From positions 56,807-120,806 of the forward strand of contig NZ_JAUYFU010000024.1 of the NCBI RefSeq assembly GCF_030689645.1: DNA of 64,000 nt, given 5' to 3'. Below are positions 1 to 10,190 of the stretch, piece after piece. Made by a program: the position numbers and the translations under genes. The DNA comes from Humidesulfovibrio sp. Its GTDB lineage: Bacteria > Desulfobacterota > Desulfovibrionia > Desulfovibrionales > Desulfovibrionaceae. Position 1 is the first letter of the stretch; each line of letters starts with the position of its first letter. Under the pieces are notes generated by a model that was given only the letters and a program-made list of their open reading frames with translations, was not told the DNA's origin and made no database searches.

Positions 1-1140
1 GCGCTGGCCTTCAAGCTCATGACAGACCCCTTCGTCGGTCACCTTACCTTCCTGCGCATCTATTCTGGTCGCATCGAATCCGGTGCCACAGTTGTGAACG
101 CAGGCAGCGGTAAGAAGGAGCGCATTGGTCGTCTGCTCAAGATGCATGCCAACAAGCGTGAGGAGATCAAAGAGGCTCTGGCTGGCGACATCGTTGCAGC
201 CGTCGGTCTCAAGAGCGTCTCCACGGGCGACACCCTGGCCGACCTTCGGGCTCCGGTCATTCTGGAGTCCCTGGACATTCCAGAACCCGTCATCGAGGTC
301 GCAATCGAGCCCAAGACCAAGGCTGACCGCGATCTGCTCTCCCAGAGCCTGGCCAAGCTGACCAAGGAAGACCCCTCGTTCCGCGTCAAGGGCAACGAGG
401 AGACCGGTCAGACCCTTATCGCTGGCATGGGCGAGCTGCACCTGGAGATCATCGTTGATCGCCTTCTGCGCGAGTTCAACGTCAACGCCAACGTGGGCGC
501 GCCCCGCGTTGCCTACCGCGAGACCATCACCAAGCCTGCGAAGTGCGACATGAAGTACGCCAAGCAGACCGGTGGCCGCGGTCAGTACGCCCACGTCGTC
601 ATTGAGATCGAGCCCAACCCCGCTGGCGGCTATCTCTTCGACGACGAGATCAAGGGCGGCCTGATTCCCAAGGAATACATCGCCCCGGTGGGCCGCGGCA
701 TTGAAGATGCCCTGAAGAACGGCATCCAGGCCGGATTCCCCGCCGTGGACGTCAAGGTCAAGCTCGTTCATGGTTCCTACCATGAGGTGGACTCCAGCGA
801 ACAGGCCTTCTACATTGCCGGCTCTATGGCCGTCAAGGAAGCCGCCAAGAAGGCTGGCCCTGTGCTTCTCGAGCCCATCATGAGCGTCGAGGTCGTCACC
901 CCCGAAGATTACCTGGGTGACGTCATGGGCGACCTGAACGGTCGTCGTGGCCGCGTGAGCAACCTGGAGGCGCGTGTCACCTCCCAGGTCATTCGCGCTC
1001 AGGTGCCTCTGTCCAACATGTTCGGCTACGCCACGGATTTGCGTTCCCGCACCCAGGGCCGCGCCACCTTCACCATGCAGTTCGACCATTACGAGCAGGT
1101 GCCCAACAGCATTGCTGAAGAACTGATGAAGAAGAAATAG
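1..1140 (+). CDS. fusA: Elongation factor G, C-terminal 379 codons (5' end outside window)
   Basis: Frame 1 is open from base 1 ([23 protein letters not shown]...). EF-G domains II-V run through ...[19 protein letters not shown]. Stop at 1138-1140. Confidence 0.97.
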   Translation, partial: ALAFKLMTDPFVGHLTFLRIYSGRIESGATVVNAGSGKKERIGRLLKMHANKREEIKEALAGDIVAAVGLKSVSTGDTLADLRAPVILESLDIPEPVIEVAIEPKTKADRDLLSQSLAKLTKEDPSFRVKGNEETGQTLIAGMGELHLEIIVDRLLREFNVNANVGAPRVAYRETITKPAKCDMKYAKQTGGRGQYAHVVIEIEPNPAGGYLFDDEIKGGLIPKEYIAPVGRGIEDALKNGIQAGFPAVDVKVKLVHGSYHEVDSSEQAFYIAGSMAVKEAAKKAGPVLLEPIMSVEVVTPEDYLGDVMGDLNGRRGRVSNLEARVTSQVIRAQVPLSNMFGYATDLRSRTQGRATFTMQFDHYEQVPNSIAEELMKKK

Positions 1141-1152
1141 GCTGATTGATGC

Positions 1153-1194
1153 CGTGCTCCGCTTTTCTCCTTGACAGGAGAGGAGCGGAGCACG
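1153..1194 (+). promoter_or_regulatory. Extended stem-loop in the fusA-rpsJ spacer (possible attenuator or processing structure)
   Basis: cgtgctccgct (1153-1163) is the exact reverse complement of agcggagcacg (1184-1194). Inner pair is tctcc/ggaga (1166-1170 / 1177-1181), loop ttgaca. No U-run follows, so it is not a classical intrinsic terminator. Confidence 0.4.
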
Positions 1195-1346
1195 TAAGGC
1201 ATCCTTCCGCTGTTTAATAAATATCCGGGGGCTGTCCCCGGAACATTTGTCGAGAACCAGTTAACCCCCAGCATTTCCGCGGAGTCACAGGCGCATGGGC
1301 GCTGGTGGCGAGGGGCCTGTAAGCCCCCGGAAACGAAGGAGAGTTT

Positions 1347-1664
1347 ATGGCTGCGATGACGAGCGATCGTATTCGGATCAAGCTCAAGGCTTACGATTAC
1401 CGCATTTTGGATAAGGCGGTGACGGAAATCGTCGATACCGCCCGGAACACCGGTGCGGCTATCGCCGGGCCTGTGCCCCTTCCCACCAACTTTCACAGAA
1501 CAACCGTCAACCGCTCCGTTCACGTGGACAAGAAGTCCCGTGAGCAGTTTGAGATGCGCATTCATAAGCGCCTTTTGGACATCCTGGAGCCCACCCAGCA
1601 GACCGTCGACGCCCTGGGCAAGCTTTCGCTGCCCGCCGGTGTTGACGTTGAGATCAAGCTGTAG
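1347..1664 (+). CDS. rpsJ: 30S ribosomal protein S10
   Basis: 105 aa with the S10 N-terminus ([18 protein letters not shown]...). AAGGAG at 1336-1341 lies 5 nt before the ATG. Confidence 0.97.
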   Translation: MAAMTSDRIRIKLKAYDYRILDKAVTEIVDTARNTGAAIAGPVPLPTNFHRTTVNRSVHVDKKSREQFEMRIHKRLLDILEPTQQTVDALGKLSLPAGVDVEIKL

Positions 1665-1677
1665 GGAGGTGCGGGAA

Positions 1678-2310
1678 ATGTCAAAAACTCTCGGACTTCT
1701 CGGACGTAAACTTGGCATGACGCGGATCTTTGCGGATGACGGCACCATCGTGCCTGTCACCCTTATTTCTGCTGGTCCCTGCCCGGTTCTCCAGGTCAAG
1801 ACCTCGGAGAAAGAGGGCTACAATGCCCTGCAGGTCGGCTTTGACGCCATTCCTGAGCGCAAGCTCAACAAGCCCGACCTCGGCCATCAGGCCAAGGCCG
1901 GTAAGGGTTTCTACCGTCATCTGAGGGAGTTTCCTCTGGATGTGGTGGACGGATACGAAGTCGGCCAGGACATCACTGTCGACATCTTCCAGCCTGGCGA
2001 AAAGGTTAAGGTCACCGGAACCTCCAAGGGCAAGGGCTTTCAGGGCGTCATGAAGCGTTACAACTTCAAGGGCCTCAAAGCTACCCACGGCGCGGAGAAG
2101 GTTCACCGCTCCGGTGGTTCCATCGGCACCAACACCGAGCCCTCGCGCGTTTTCAAGGGCAAGAAGATGCCCGGACACATGGGCGACGAGCGCGTCACCC
2201 TGCCGAGCGTCGAGATCGTTGATGTCCGCCTTGAGGAGAACATCATCGTGGTCAAGGGCCAGGTGCCCGGCTGCAAAAACGGCTTGGTTATGATCCGCAA
2301 GGCCGGGTAG
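1678..2310 (+). CDS. rplC: 50S ribosomal protein L3
   Basis: [18 protein letters not shown]... is the typical L3 start. ATG 1678 is preceded by GGGAGG. The track ORF from 1453 is an in-frame upstream extension overlapping rpsJ. Confidence 0.96.
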   Translation: MSKTLGLLGRKLGMTRIFADDGTIVPVTLISAGPCPVLQVKTSEKEGYNALQVGFDAIPERKLNKPDLGHQAKAGKGFYRHLREFPLDVVDGYEVGQDITVDIFQPGEKVKVTGTSKGKGFQGVMKRYNFKGLKATHGAEKVHRSGGSIGTNTEPSRVFKGKKMPGHMGDERVTLPSVEIVDVRLEENIIVVKGQVPGCKNGLVMIRKAG

Positions 2311-2321
2311 GGGATACACAC

Positions 2322-2942
2322 ATGGCAACCATTACCGTGTTCGATCAGATGAAGAAGGAAGTGGGCAGCATTGACCTGTCCTCTGATGTCTTTGAGGTGG
2401 AAGTCCGCCCCGAGATCCTTCACTTCGTTGTGCGTGCACAGCTGGCCGCTAAGCGCGTCGGCACCCACGCCGTCAAGACCCGCGCGTATGTTTCCGGTGG
2501 CGGCAAGAAGCCCTGGAAGCAGAAGGGTACGGGCCACGCCCGCGCCGGTTCCAACCGTTCGCCCCTGTGGCGCGGTGGCGCCATCATCTTTGGACCCCAG
2601 CCCCGCAGCTATGAGTTCAAAGTGAACCGCAAGGTGCGCCGCCTGGCTCTGAAGATGGCCTTGTCTTCCCGGCTTCTCGAGGACAACCTCATGGTGCTGA
2701 ACACCATCGACATGCCGGAGATCAAGACCAAGCGCTTCGCCGAAGTGGCCAAGGCCCTCGGTTTGGAAAAGGCCTTGATTGTTTTCAACGAAGCGGATAA
2801 AAACCTGCTTCTTTCAGCGCGCAATCTACCCGGCATCAAGCTGCTTCCGGCTGACAAGCTCAACGCATATGATGTGTTGCTCTATCCGAAGCTGGTCATG
2901 CTTGAGAGTGCGGCTGTTTCCGTCCAGGAGAGGTTGAAGTAG
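2322..2942 (+). CDS. rplD: 50S ribosomal protein L4
   Basis: 206 aa with the L4 core KPWKQKGTGHARAGSNRSPLWRGGAIIFGP. Confidence 0.97.
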   Translation: MATITVFDQMKKEVGSIDLSSDVFEVEVRPEILHFVVRAQLAAKRVGTHAVKTRAYVSGGGKKPWKQKGTGHARAGSNRSPLWRGGAIIFGPQPRSYEFKVNRKVRRLALKMALSSRLLEDNLMVLNTIDMPEIKTKRFAEVAKALGLEKALIVFNEADKNLLLSARNLPGIKLLPADKLNAYDVLLYPKLVMLESAAVSVQERLK

Positions 2943-2943
2943 T

Positions 2944-3234
2944 ATGGACTACACGAAAATCATCATCCGGCCCGTCATCACTGAGAAGGCCAACCTTGCT
3001 AAGGAATACCTGAACCAGGTTTCCTTTGTTGTCGCACCCAGCGCCAACAAGATCGAGGTCAAGCGCGCCGTTGAGGCCGCTTTCGGCGTCCATGTCGAGG
3101 CCGTGAATATTGTCCGCAGGCGTCCCTCCCGCCGACTCCGCCATGGGCGGACCATCGGTAAGGTGTCGGGGTACAAGAAGGCCTTCGTCACTCTGGCAGA
3201 GGGCGACAAAATCGAGTTCTTCGAGGGAGTCTAG
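2944..3234 (+). CDS. rplW: 50S ribosomal protein L23
   Basis: 96 aa ([15 protein letters not shown]...), in the conserved position between rplD and rplB. Confidence 0.95.
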   Translation: MDYTKIIIRPVITEKANLAKEYLNQVSFVVAPSANKIEVKRAVEAAFGVHVEAVNIVRRRPSRRLRHGRTIGKVSGYKKAFVTLAEGDKIEFFEGV

Positions 3235-3236
3235 CC

Positions 3237-4067
3237 ATGTCCATCCGCAAGGTTAAACCCACATCGGCTGGACGCCGCTTCCAGACCATTTCGACGTTTG
3301 AGGAGATCACCCGGAGCACCTCCGAGCCTTCCCTTACCGTTGGTCTTTCGAAGAAGTCCGGTCGCAATCACTTTGGACGCATCACCTCCCGCCGTCGCGG
3401 CGGTGGGCACAAGCGCTCGTATCGCATCATCGACTTCCGTCGCGACAAGACCGGCATTCCGGCCAAGGTCGCCTTCGTGGAGTATGATCCGAACCGCAGC
3501 GCGCGCATCGCTCTTCTGCACTACGCAGACGGCGAAAAACGCTATATCTTGTCCCCCCTTGGTCTCAAGGTTGGTGACAACATCCTGGCCGGCGATACCG
3601 CCGACATCAAGCCCGGCAACGCGCTCACTTTGTCCCGCATTCCCGTGGGCACCGTGATCCACAACGTCGAGCTGCACCCCGGCCGTGGCGGCCAGTTCTG
3701 CCGCGCCGCTGGAGCCTACGCCCAGCTGGTGGCCAAGGAGGGCGCATACGCCCTGCTTCGTCTTCCCTCGGGCGAGGTTCGCAAGGTGCTTTCCCATTGC
3801 ATGGCCACCATTGGTCAGGTGGGCAACATCCACCACGAGAAAATCGCCCTGGGCAAAGCCGGTCGCAACCGCTGGTTGGGCAAGCGCCCCGAAGTGCGCG
3901 GCGTGGCCATGAACCCGGTTGACCATCCTCTGGGCGGCGGCGAAGGCAGGAGCTCCGGCGGCAGGCATCCGTGTTCCCCGTGGGGCATGCCGAGCAAGGG
4001 TTACAAGACCCGCAAGCCGAAGAAGTCGTCCTCGAAGCTCATCGTCAAGCGCCGCGGGCAGAAGTAG
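3237..4067 (+). CDS. rplB: 50S ribosomal protein L2
   Basis: 276 aa with L2 motifs [14 protein letters not shown] and [18 protein letters not shown]. Confidence 0.98.
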   Translation: MSIRKVKPTSAGRRFQTISTFEEITRSTSEPSLTVGLSKKSGRNHFGRITSRRRGGGHKRSYRIIDFRRDKTGIPAKVAFVEYDPNRSARIALLHYADGEKRYILSPLGLKVGDNILAGDTADIKPGNALTLSRIPVGTVIHNVELHPGRGGQFCRAAGAYAQLVAKEGAYALLRLPSGEVRKVLSHCMATIGQVGNIHHEKIALGKAGRNRWLGKRPEVRGVAMNPVDHPLGGGEGRSSGGRHPCSPWGMPSKGYKTRKPKKSSSKLIVKRRGQK

Positions 4068-4076
4068 GAGTATAAC

Positions 4077-4355
4077 ATGGCCAGATCTATCAAAAAAGGT
4101 CCCTTCGTCGACGGGCATCTTCAGAAGAAGATCGAGACCTCGACCGAGAACAAGGACCGTCGCGTTATTAAAACCTGGTCCCGCCGGTCAACCATACTTC
4201 CGGAGATGGTCGGGCTCACCTTTGCCGTCCACAATGGCCGGAAATTCATTCCCGTGTTCGTCACCGAGAACATGGTCGGGCATAAGCTGGGCGAGTTTTC
4301 GCCCACCCGCACCTTCTTCGGTCACGCTGCGGACAAGAAAGCCAAGGGCAAGTAG
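4077..4355 (+). CDS. rpsS: 30S ribosomal protein S19
   Basis: 92 aa, [12 protein letters not shown]...[13 protein letters not shown]. Confidence 0.97.
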   Translation: MARSIKKGPFVDGHLQKKIETSTENKDRRVIKTWSRRSTILPEMVGLTFAVHNGRKFIPVFVTENMVGHKLGEFSPTRTFFGHAADKKAKGK

Positions 4356-4367
4356 GGAGCGTTACCA

Positions 4368-4700
4368 ATGGAAGCCAAAGCTATCGCCAAGTACCTGCGC
4401 GTATCCGCGCGTAAGGTGCGTATCGTGGCGGAGAACATCAAGGGCAAGCCCGTTGAGGATGCGCTGAACATCCTGAAGTTCACGCCCAAAAAGTCGGCTC
4501 AGCTCATCAGTAAAGTGTTGTATTCGGCCATCGCCAACGCCGGGCAGATCCCCGGCTGCGACGTGGACGCCCTCGTGGTCGGCAATGTGATGGTGAACGA
4601 AGGCCCGTCGTGGAAGCGCATTATGCCCCGCGCCATGGGCCGCGCCTACCGGATCCACAAGCGCACCAGCCACATAACCGTTATCGTGAAGGAAAAGTAG
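4368..4700 (+). CDS. rplV: 50S ribosomal protein L22
   Basis: 110 aa, ...ARKVRIVAENIKGKPVEDALNILKFTPKK... Confidence 0.96.
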   Translation: MEAKAIAKYLRVSARKVRIVAENIKGKPVEDALNILKFTPKKSAQLISKVLYSAIANAGQIPGCDVDALVVGNVMVNEGPSWKRIMPRAMGRAYRIHKRTSHITVIVKEK

Positions 4701-4709
4701 GGGGGCGCC

Positions 4710-5348
4710 ATGGGTCAGAAAGTCCATCCGATCGGGTTCCGCCTGGGATACAATAAGAACTGGCTTTCCCGCTGGTTCAGCAAGAAGGAATATCCGGCCT
4801 TCGTGCTCCAGGATGACCAGCTGCGTAAGTACGTCAAGAAAAAGCTCTACCACGCGGGTCTCGCCAAAATCGAGATCGAGCGCGCTGGTGGCAAGGTGCG
4901 CCTTGTGCTGCACACCGCCCGTCCGGGCATTGTCATCGGCCGCAAGGGCGCGGAGATTGAAAAGCTGCGTGAAGACCTCAAGAAGGAATTCGGAACGGAC
5001 ATCACCATCGAGGTGAATGAGATCCGTCGTCCTGAGGTCGAGGCCCAGCTTGTGGCCGAGAGCATCGCGACCCAGCTGGAGCGCCGCGTGGCCTTCCGCC
5101 GGGCCATGAAGCGCACTGTCGCCCTGTCCCGCAAGTTCGGGGCTGAGGGCATCAAAGTCGCCTGTGCGGGCCGCCTGGCTGGTGCCGAGATCGCCCGCTC
5201 CGAGTGGTACCGTGACGGCCGCGTGCCCCTGCACACCCTGCGCGCCGACATCGACTACGGCTACGCCACCGCCAAAACTACCTATGGTATCATTGGCGTC
5301 CGGGTGTGGATCTTCAAGGGTGAGATTCTCGACGAGAGAGGTAAGTAA
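4710..5348 (+). CDS. rpsC: 30S ribosomal protein S3
   Basis: 212 aa, [18 protein letters not shown]..., with KH and S3-C regions. Confidence 0.98.
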   Translation: MGQKVHPIGFRLGYNKNWLSRWFSKKEYPAFVLQDDQLRKYVKKKLYHAGLAKIEIERAGGKVRLVLHTARPGIVIGRKGAEIEKLREDLKKEFGTDITIEVNEIRRPEVEAQLVAESIATQLERRVAFRRAMKRTVALSRKFGAEGIKVACAGRLAGAEIARSEWYRDGRVPLHTLRADIDYGYATAKTTYGIIGVRVWIFKGEILDERGK

Positions 5349-5765
5349 ATGCTGTCTCCCAAAAAGACGAAATTCCGGAAGAAGCAAAAGGGCCGGATCA
5401 AGGGGCCTGCCGTTAAGGGCAGCACCATCGCCTTTGGCGACGTGGCCTTGAAGACCCTGGAGCCCGGCAAGATATCGAGCCAGCAGATCGAGGCCGCCCG
5501 TATCGCCATCATGCGCCATATCAAGCGCGGCGGTAAGGTCTGGATCCGCATGTTCCCAGACTACCCGATGACCAAGAAGCCCGCTGAAACCCGCATGGGT
5601 TCCGGTAAAGGCGCTCTTGAGGGCTGGGCCGCTCCGGTTCGTGCTGGCCGCATCCTTTATGAAGTCAAGGGCGTCGAGCTTGAGGTGGCCAAAGTGGCGC
5701 TTACCCGCGCCATGCACAAGCTGCCCGTCAAGACCGTCATCGTGGTCAAGGAGGGGGCTGAGTAA
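5349..5765 (+). CDS. rplP: 50S ribosomal protein L16
   Basis: 138 aa, [16 protein letters not shown]... Confidence 0.97.
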   Translation: MLSPKKTKFRKKQKGRIKGPAVKGSTIAFGDVALKTLEPGKISSQQIEAARIAIMRHIKRGGKVWIRMFPDYPMTKKPAETRMGSGKGALEGWAAPVRAGRILYEVKGVELEVAKVALTRAMHKLPVKTVIVVKEGAE

Positions 5766-5959
5766 TGAACGCTAAAGATATTCGCGCCCTGGACGCTGCA
5801 GAGCTGTCCACCAAGCTGGCCGAGTTCCGCAAGGAACTCTTTAACCTGCGCTTCCAGCACGCCACGGCGCAGTTGGAAAACACCCAGCGCATTCCCGCTG
5901 TCAAGAAAGTTATCGCGCGCATTATGACCATTCAGCGTCAGCGCGAACTGGGAGCATAA
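5765..5959 (+). CDS. rpmC: 50S ribosomal protein L29
   Basis: 64 aa. The ATG overlaps the rplP stop (TAATG at 5763-5767). Confidence 0.94.
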   Translation: MNAKDIRALDAAELSTKLAEFRKELFNLRFQHATAQLENTQRIPAVKKVIARIMTIQRQRELGA

Positions 5960-5963
5960 GCCA

Positions 5964-6230
5964 ATGGCTGAAACCACTCACGAAAGCAACCGGCGTACCC
6001 TGACCGGAACTGTGGTGAGCGACAAGGGCGACAAGACCATCGTGGTCAGCGTTGCAACCCTTGTGAAGCACCCCCTGTTCAAGAAGTACATTCGTCGCCG
6101 CAAGAAGTTTATGGCCCATGACCCCAACAACGACTGCGGCATCGGCGATACCGTGACCATCATCGAGCATCGCCCCATGAGCGCCCGCAAGCGTTGGCAC
6201 TTGTCCAAAATCGTTGAGAAAGCGGTGTAG
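5964..6230 (+). CDS. rpsQ: 30S ribosomal protein S17
   Basis: 88 aa, ...[18 protein letters not shown]...[10 protein letters not shown]... Confidence 0.95.
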   Translation: MAETTHESNRRTLTGTVVSDKGDKTIVVSVATLVKHPLFKKYIRRRKKFMAHDPNNDCGIGDTVTIIEHRPMSARKRWHLSKIVEKAV

Positions 6231-6238
6231 GTGCAGCC

Positions 6239-6607
6239 ATGATCCAGAGCGAATCCAATCTCGATGTCGCCGACAACTCCGGCGCGAAACTGGTCTGCTG
6301 CATCAAGGTGCTTGGCGGCTCCAAGCGCCGGTACGCCTCGGTGGGCGACATCATCGTCGTGTCCATCAAGGACGCTATGCCTCATTCCAAGGTGAAGAAG
6401 GGCGCTGTGATGAAGGCCGTTGTGGTCCGCACCCGCAAGGAAGTTGGCCGTCCCGATGGTTCCTACATCAAGTTTGACAGCAACTCCGCAGTTCTTCTGA
6501 ACAATGCGAACGAGCCCCTGGGAACCCGTATTTTCGGACCCGTTGCGCGCGAACTTCGCCTGAAGAACTTCATGAAGATCGTATCCCTGGCCCCAGAAGT
6601 CCTGTAG
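6239..6607 (+). CDS. rplN: 50S ribosomal protein L14
   Basis: 122 aa, [17 protein letters not shown]... Confidence 0.98.
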   Translation: MIQSESNLDVADNSGAKLVCCIKVLGGSKRRYASVGDIIVVSIKDAMPHSKVKKGAVMKAVVVRTRKEVGRPDGSYIKFDSNSAVLLNNANEPLGTRIFGPVARELRLKNFMKIVSLAPEVL

Positions 6608-6637
6608 CTTCTGGTATTGGGACGAAAGGATAGAATC

Positions 6638-6958
6638 ATGAACTGTAAGATTCGGAAAGACGACAAGGTTATGATCCTTGCCGGCAAGGACAAGGGCAAG
6701 ATCGGCAAAGTGATCAAGATCCTTCGCAAGAAGGACCGCGTCCTTGTCGAAGGCGCCAACAAGGTCAGCCGTCACACCAAGGCCAATCCTTACGCCAATC
6801 AGCCTGGCGGGATTGTGGAAAAGGAAGCCCCGGTGCACGTCTCCAACGTGGCTGTGGTCTGCAACGCCTGCGCCAAGGCCACCCGTGTCGGTTATCGGGT
6901 GAACGAGGACGGCAAGAAAGTTCGCTTCTGCAAGAAGTGCAACGAAACCATCCAGTAG
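6638..6958 (+). CDS. rplX: 50S ribosomal protein L24 with C-terminal Cys4 ribbon
   Basis: ATG 6638 is preceded by AAAGGA. The KOW region is [22 protein letters not shown]. The C-terminus carries CNAC...CKKC. The track start at 6617 (TTG) adds 7 non-conserved residues. Confidence 0.93.
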   Translation: MNCKIRKDDKVMILAGKDKGKIGKVIKILRKKDRVLVEGANKVSRHTKANPYANQPGGIVEKEAPVHVSNVAVVCNACAKATRVGYRVNEDGKKVRFCKKCNETIQ

Positions 6959-6967
6959 GTGTGCGCC

Positions 6968-7507
6968 ATGAGACGGCTTGAAAAAGACTACAACGAGCGG
7001 GTTGTCGCTGAACTCAAGAAAGAGTTCGGTTACAAGTGCAACATGGAGATTCCCCGCGTTTCCAAGATCTCTTTGAACATCGGCCTCGGCGAAGCCAGCC
7101 AGAACGCGAAGCTCATTGACGAAGCCGTCATCGAGCTGACCAAGATCGCTGGACAGAAGGCTGTTGTCACTCGTGCCAAGAAGTCCATCGCAGCCTTCAA
7201 GCTGCGCGAAGGCCAGCCTGTGGGCTGCCGCGTGACCCTTCGTGGGGAGCGCATGTGGGACTTCTACGATAAGCTGGTGTCCTTTGCTCTGCCTCGCGTG
7301 CGTGACTTCCGTGGTGTCCCTGATCGTGGCTTCGATGGCCGCGGCAATTTCACCATGGGCGTCAAGGAGCACACGATCTTCTTCGAATTGGAGATCGACA
7401 AGGTTGAGAAAGTCAAAGGCATGAATATTACCATCTCCACCACCGCGAAGACGGACAAGGAAGGCAAGCTGCTGCTCGACCTCCTTGGCATGCCTTTCAA
7501 AAAATAG
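6968..7507 (+). CDS. rplE: 50S ribosomal protein L5
   Basis: [22 protein letters not shown]... The start is ATG 6968; GTG 6959, directly after the rplX stop, is an alternative. Confidence 0.95.
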   Translation: MRRLEKDYNERVVAELKKEFGYKCNMEIPRVSKISLNIGLGEASQNAKLIDEAVIELTKIAGQKAVVTRAKKSIAAFKLREGQPVGCRVTLRGERMWDFYDKLVSFALPRVRDFRGVPDRGFDGRGNFTMGVKEHTIFFELEIDKVEKVKGMNITISTTAKTDKEGKLLLDLLGMPFKK

Positions 7508-7519
7508 GAGGAAACCGGT

Positions 7520-7705
7520 TTGGCAAGGACTAGTCTCAGGGTGAAAGCCCAACGCAAGCCGAAGTTCAAGGTCCGGGCATACAATCGCTGCCCCATCTGC
7601 GGACGCTCCAGGGCGTTTTTGCGCAAGTACGGCTGTTGCCGCATCTGTTTCCGCAACAAGTCCCTGGCTGGCGAACTCCCCGGCGTGCGCAAAGCCAGCT
7701 GGTAA
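7520..7705 (+). CDS. rpsN: 30S ribosomal protein S14, short zinc-binding (type Z) form
   Basis: 61 aa with a TTG start and CPIC...CRIC. Confidence 0.95.
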   Translation: MARTSLRVKAQRKPKFKVRAYNRCPICGRSRAFLRKYGCCRICFRNKSLAGELPGVRKASW

Positions 7706-7724
7706 GTCTCAAGGAGTACTGACA

Positions 7725-8108
7725 ATGTCTGTCGTTGATCCCATTGCCGACATGCTCGCGCGCATCCGGAACGCCCATGGCGCCTTCCACTCCACTGTGG
7801 AGATGCCCGGTTCTAAGATGAAGACGGCTATCGCCGAAATCCTCAAGGACGAAGGCTACATCACCGATTGCGCGAGCTCTGAAGGTTCGCTCAAGTTGAC
7901 CCTTAAGTACGTTGCTGGCAAACGCGCCATCTGCGGCCTCAAGAAGGTCAGCACCCCGGGACGCCGCGTTTACGTTGGCGTCGAGGACATCCCCAAGGTC
8001 CAGAACGGACTGGGGATCTGCATCCTGTCTACTTCCCGCGGCTTGCTCGTGGGTGGACAGGCCGCCGCCGATAAGATCGGTGGCGAACTTCTGTGTGAAA
8101 TCTGGTAA
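7725..8108 (+). CDS. rpsH: 30S ribosomal protein S8
   Basis: 127 aa, MSVVDPIADMLARIRNA... Confidence 0.97.
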   Translation: MSVVDPIADMLARIRNAHGAFHSTVEMPGSKMKTAIAEILKDEGYITDCASSEGSLKLTLKYVAGKRAICGLKKVSTPGRRVYVGVEDIPKVQNGLGICILSTSRGLLVGGQAAADKIGGELLCEIW

Positions 8109-8120
8109 AAGAGGTCAGTC

Positions 8121-8660
8121 ATGTCTCGAATCGGGAAAAAACCTGTTCCCATCCCTGCCGGGGTGGAGGTGAAAGTCGGCGCTGACGCCGTGCAGATCAA
8201 GGGCCCCAAGGGTTCCTTGTCCACCCCCGTGCATCCGAGCGTCACCTATGTGGTGGAAGGCTCCGAGGTCACGGTCAATCGCGTGGACGACTCCCGTGTG
8301 GCTTGCAGCCAGCACGGTCTGCGCCGCACCCTGCTGTCCAACTGCATTGAGGGAGTCACCAAGGGCTTCCAGAAGACCCTTGAGGTCATCGGCGTTGGTT
8401 ACAAGGTCGCGGTCCAGGGCAAGAAAGTGGTTCTCACCGTGGGCTTTTCGCACCCGGTGGAGTTTCCCTTGCCACAGGGCATCGATGCGGCGGTTGAAGG
8501 CGTTAAGCTGAACTTGACCGGCATCGACAAGCAGCTTTTGGGCGAAGTGGCCGCACAGATCCGTCGTGTGCGCCCGCCCGAGCCGTATAAGGGCAAGGGC
8601 ATCAAGTACGCGGAAGAACACATCAGGCGTAAGGCCGGCAAGTCCGGTTCTAAAAAATAG
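8121..8660 (+). CDS. rplF: 50S ribosomal protein L6
   Basis: 179 aa, MSRIGKKPVPIPAGVEV... Confidence 0.97.
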   Translation: MSRIGKKPVPIPAGVEVKVGADAVQIKGPKGSLSTPVHPSVTYVVEGSEVTVNRVDDSRVACSQHGLRRTLLSNCIEGVTKGFQKTLEVIGVGYKVAVQGKKVVLTVGFSHPVEFPLPQGIDAAVEGVKLNLTGIDKQLLGEVAAQIRRVRPPEPYKGKGIKYAEEHIRRKAGKSGSKK

Positions 8661-8672
8661 CGGAGTGCGGCT

Positions 8673-9032
8673 ATGAAGAAGACCAAAGAACAAGCGCGGG
8701 CTCGCAGAAAGCTGCGCATCCGCAAAAAGGTGAATGGCACAGAGCAGAAGCCCCGTCTGGTGGTTTTCCGCTCCAACCTTCACATCTACGCCCAACTCGT
8801 GGACGACGAGACTGGCGCCACTCTGGTGAGTTCTTCCACTCTCGTTCTGGCCCGTGCGGGACAGACGGCTCGCGCCAATCGCGAGGGTGCGGCCATTGTC
8901 GGCAAGGATATTGCCGAGAAGGCCAAAGCCAAGAACATCGAGGCCGTGGTCTTTGACCGCAACGGCTACATCTACCACGGCCGTATCAAGGCCCTTGCTG
9001 ACGGCGCCCGCGAGGGCGGCCTCAAATTCTAG
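8673..9032 (+). CDS. rplR: 50S ribosomal protein L18
   Basis: 119 aa, ...RKLRIRKKV...[19 protein letters not shown]... Confidence 0.96.
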   Translation: MKKTKEQARARRKLRIRKKVNGTEQKPRLVVFRSNLHIYAQLVDDETGATLVSSSTLVLARAGQTARANREGAAIVGKDIAEKAKAKNIEAVVFDRNGYIYHGRIKALADGAREGGLKF

Positions 9033-9043
9033 GGTGGGTTGAC

Positions 9044-9535
9044 ATGGAACAGAACGATTCCGGTTTCATCGAAAAGATCGTGTACTTGAACCGCGTGGCC
9101 AAGGTCGTCAAAGGCGGCCGCAGGTTCAGCTTCAGCTGCCTGGTCGTCGTGGGTGACGGGAAAGGCAAGGTCGGTTACGGCCTTGGAAAAGCCAATGAAG
9201 TGCCCGAGGCCATTCGCAAGGCTACTGATCGCGCCCGCAAGGACATGATCACCGTGCCCGTGCTCGACGGCACCCTGCCTTATGAGGTTCTCGGCCGCTT
9301 CGGCGCCGGGCGCGTCATGCTGAAGCCCGCCAGCCGCGGTACCGGCATCATTGCCGGCGGCCCGGTGCGCGCGGTCATGGAGGCCGTGGGTGTCCACGAC
9401 ATCCTGACCAAGGCCATCGGCACGTGCAACCCGCACAACGTTTTGCGCGCCACCATGTGCGGACTTGCCTCCCTGCGCAGCGCAGAGAGCGTGTCCGAAG
9501 TGCGCGGCAAGACGCTGTCCACCCCCAGGAAGTAG
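9044..9535 (+). CDS. rpsE: 30S ribosomal protein S5
   Basis: 163 aa, ...[38 protein letters not shown]... Confidence 0.97.
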   Translation: MEQNDSGFIEKIVYLNRVAKVVKGGRRFSFSCLVVVGDGKGKVGYGLGKANEVPEAIRKATDRARKDMITVPVLDGTLPYEVLGRFGAGRVMLKPASRGTGIIAGGPVRAVMEAVGVHDILTKAIGTCNPHNVLRATMCGLASLRSAESVSEVRGKTLSTPRK

Positions 9536-9567
9536 ACCCCTCACCGGGTTCATATACGAGGTTTGCC

Positions 9568-9741
9568 GTGGTTACGATTAAACTCCTCCGCAGCCGCATC
9601 GGTTGTTCGCCCACCCAGCGCAAAACGCTGGACGCTCTGGGCCTCAAGCGCATCCGGCAGGAAAAGACGTTTGAGGAAGCCCCTTCTGTTGCGGGCATGG
9701 TTGAGAAAGTGAAGCACCTGGTTGAGGTTACTAAGTCATGA
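9568..9741 (+). CDS. rpmD: 50S ribosomal protein L30
   Basis: GTG 9568 lies 7 nt after ACGAGG. The 57-aa product is VTIKLLRSRIGCSPTQRKTLDALGLKRI... The track ORF from 9424 is an in-frame extension inside rpsE. Confidence 0.9.
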   Translation: MVTIKLLRSRIGCSPTQRKTLDALGLKRIRQEKTFEEAPSVAGMVEKVKHLVEVTKS

Positions 9742-10184
9742 GACTGCACGATCTGTATCCCTTCCCGGAAGAGTATGCTCAGCGCAAGCGCGTTGGCCGT
9801 GGCCCCGGCTCCGGCTCAGGCTGCACCTCCGGTCGTGGCAATAAAGGACAGAACTCCCGCTCCGGCGGCGGTCGTCCGGCTTGGTTCGAAGGCGGCCAGA
9901 TGCCTCTGGCCCGCCGTTTGCCCAAGCGCGGCTTCAAGAACCCGCACCGCGTGGTGTACGAGGCCATTAACCTCGACCACCTGCTGGCGGCCTTTCCAGA
10001 CGCCACTGAAATCACCCTTGAGGACATCTACAAGCGCGGCCTGTGCAAGCCAGGCTCACCGCTGAAGATCCTTTCCCGTGGTGAAGTGGCCGTCAAAGTC
10101 AGCGTGGAGGCTCACCGTTTCAGCGTTGCTGCTGCGGAGAAGATCACCAAGGCTGGCGGAACCGTCAAGGCTCTGGAAGGTTAA
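9738..10184 (+). CDS. rplO: 50S ribosomal protein L15
   Basis: 148 aa, ...RVGRGPGSGSGCTSGRGNKGQNSRSGG... Overlaps the rpmD stop by 4 nt. Confidence 0.96.
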   Translation: MRLHDLYPFPEEYAQRKRVGRGPGSGSGCTSGRGNKGQNSRSGGGRPAWFEGGQMPLARRLPKRGFKNPHRVVYEAINLDHLLAAFPDATEITLEDIYKRGLCKPGSPLKILSRGEVAVKVSVEAHRFSVAAAEKITKAGGTVKALEG

Positions 10185-10190
10185 CCAACC

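Noticed and set aside
1171-1176. TTGACA in the fusA-rpsJ spacer as the S10 operon -35 box
   Set aside because: There is no acceptable -10 at 16-18 nt (gtaagg/taaggc), and the hexamer is simply the loop of the long hairpin.
5978-7552. 524-aa minus-strand ORF (with similar ones at 4362-5717 and 13416-15143) across the ribosomal protein genes
   Set aside because: It is antisense to highly conserved ribosomal protein genes, has no recognisable domain and has a biased composition.
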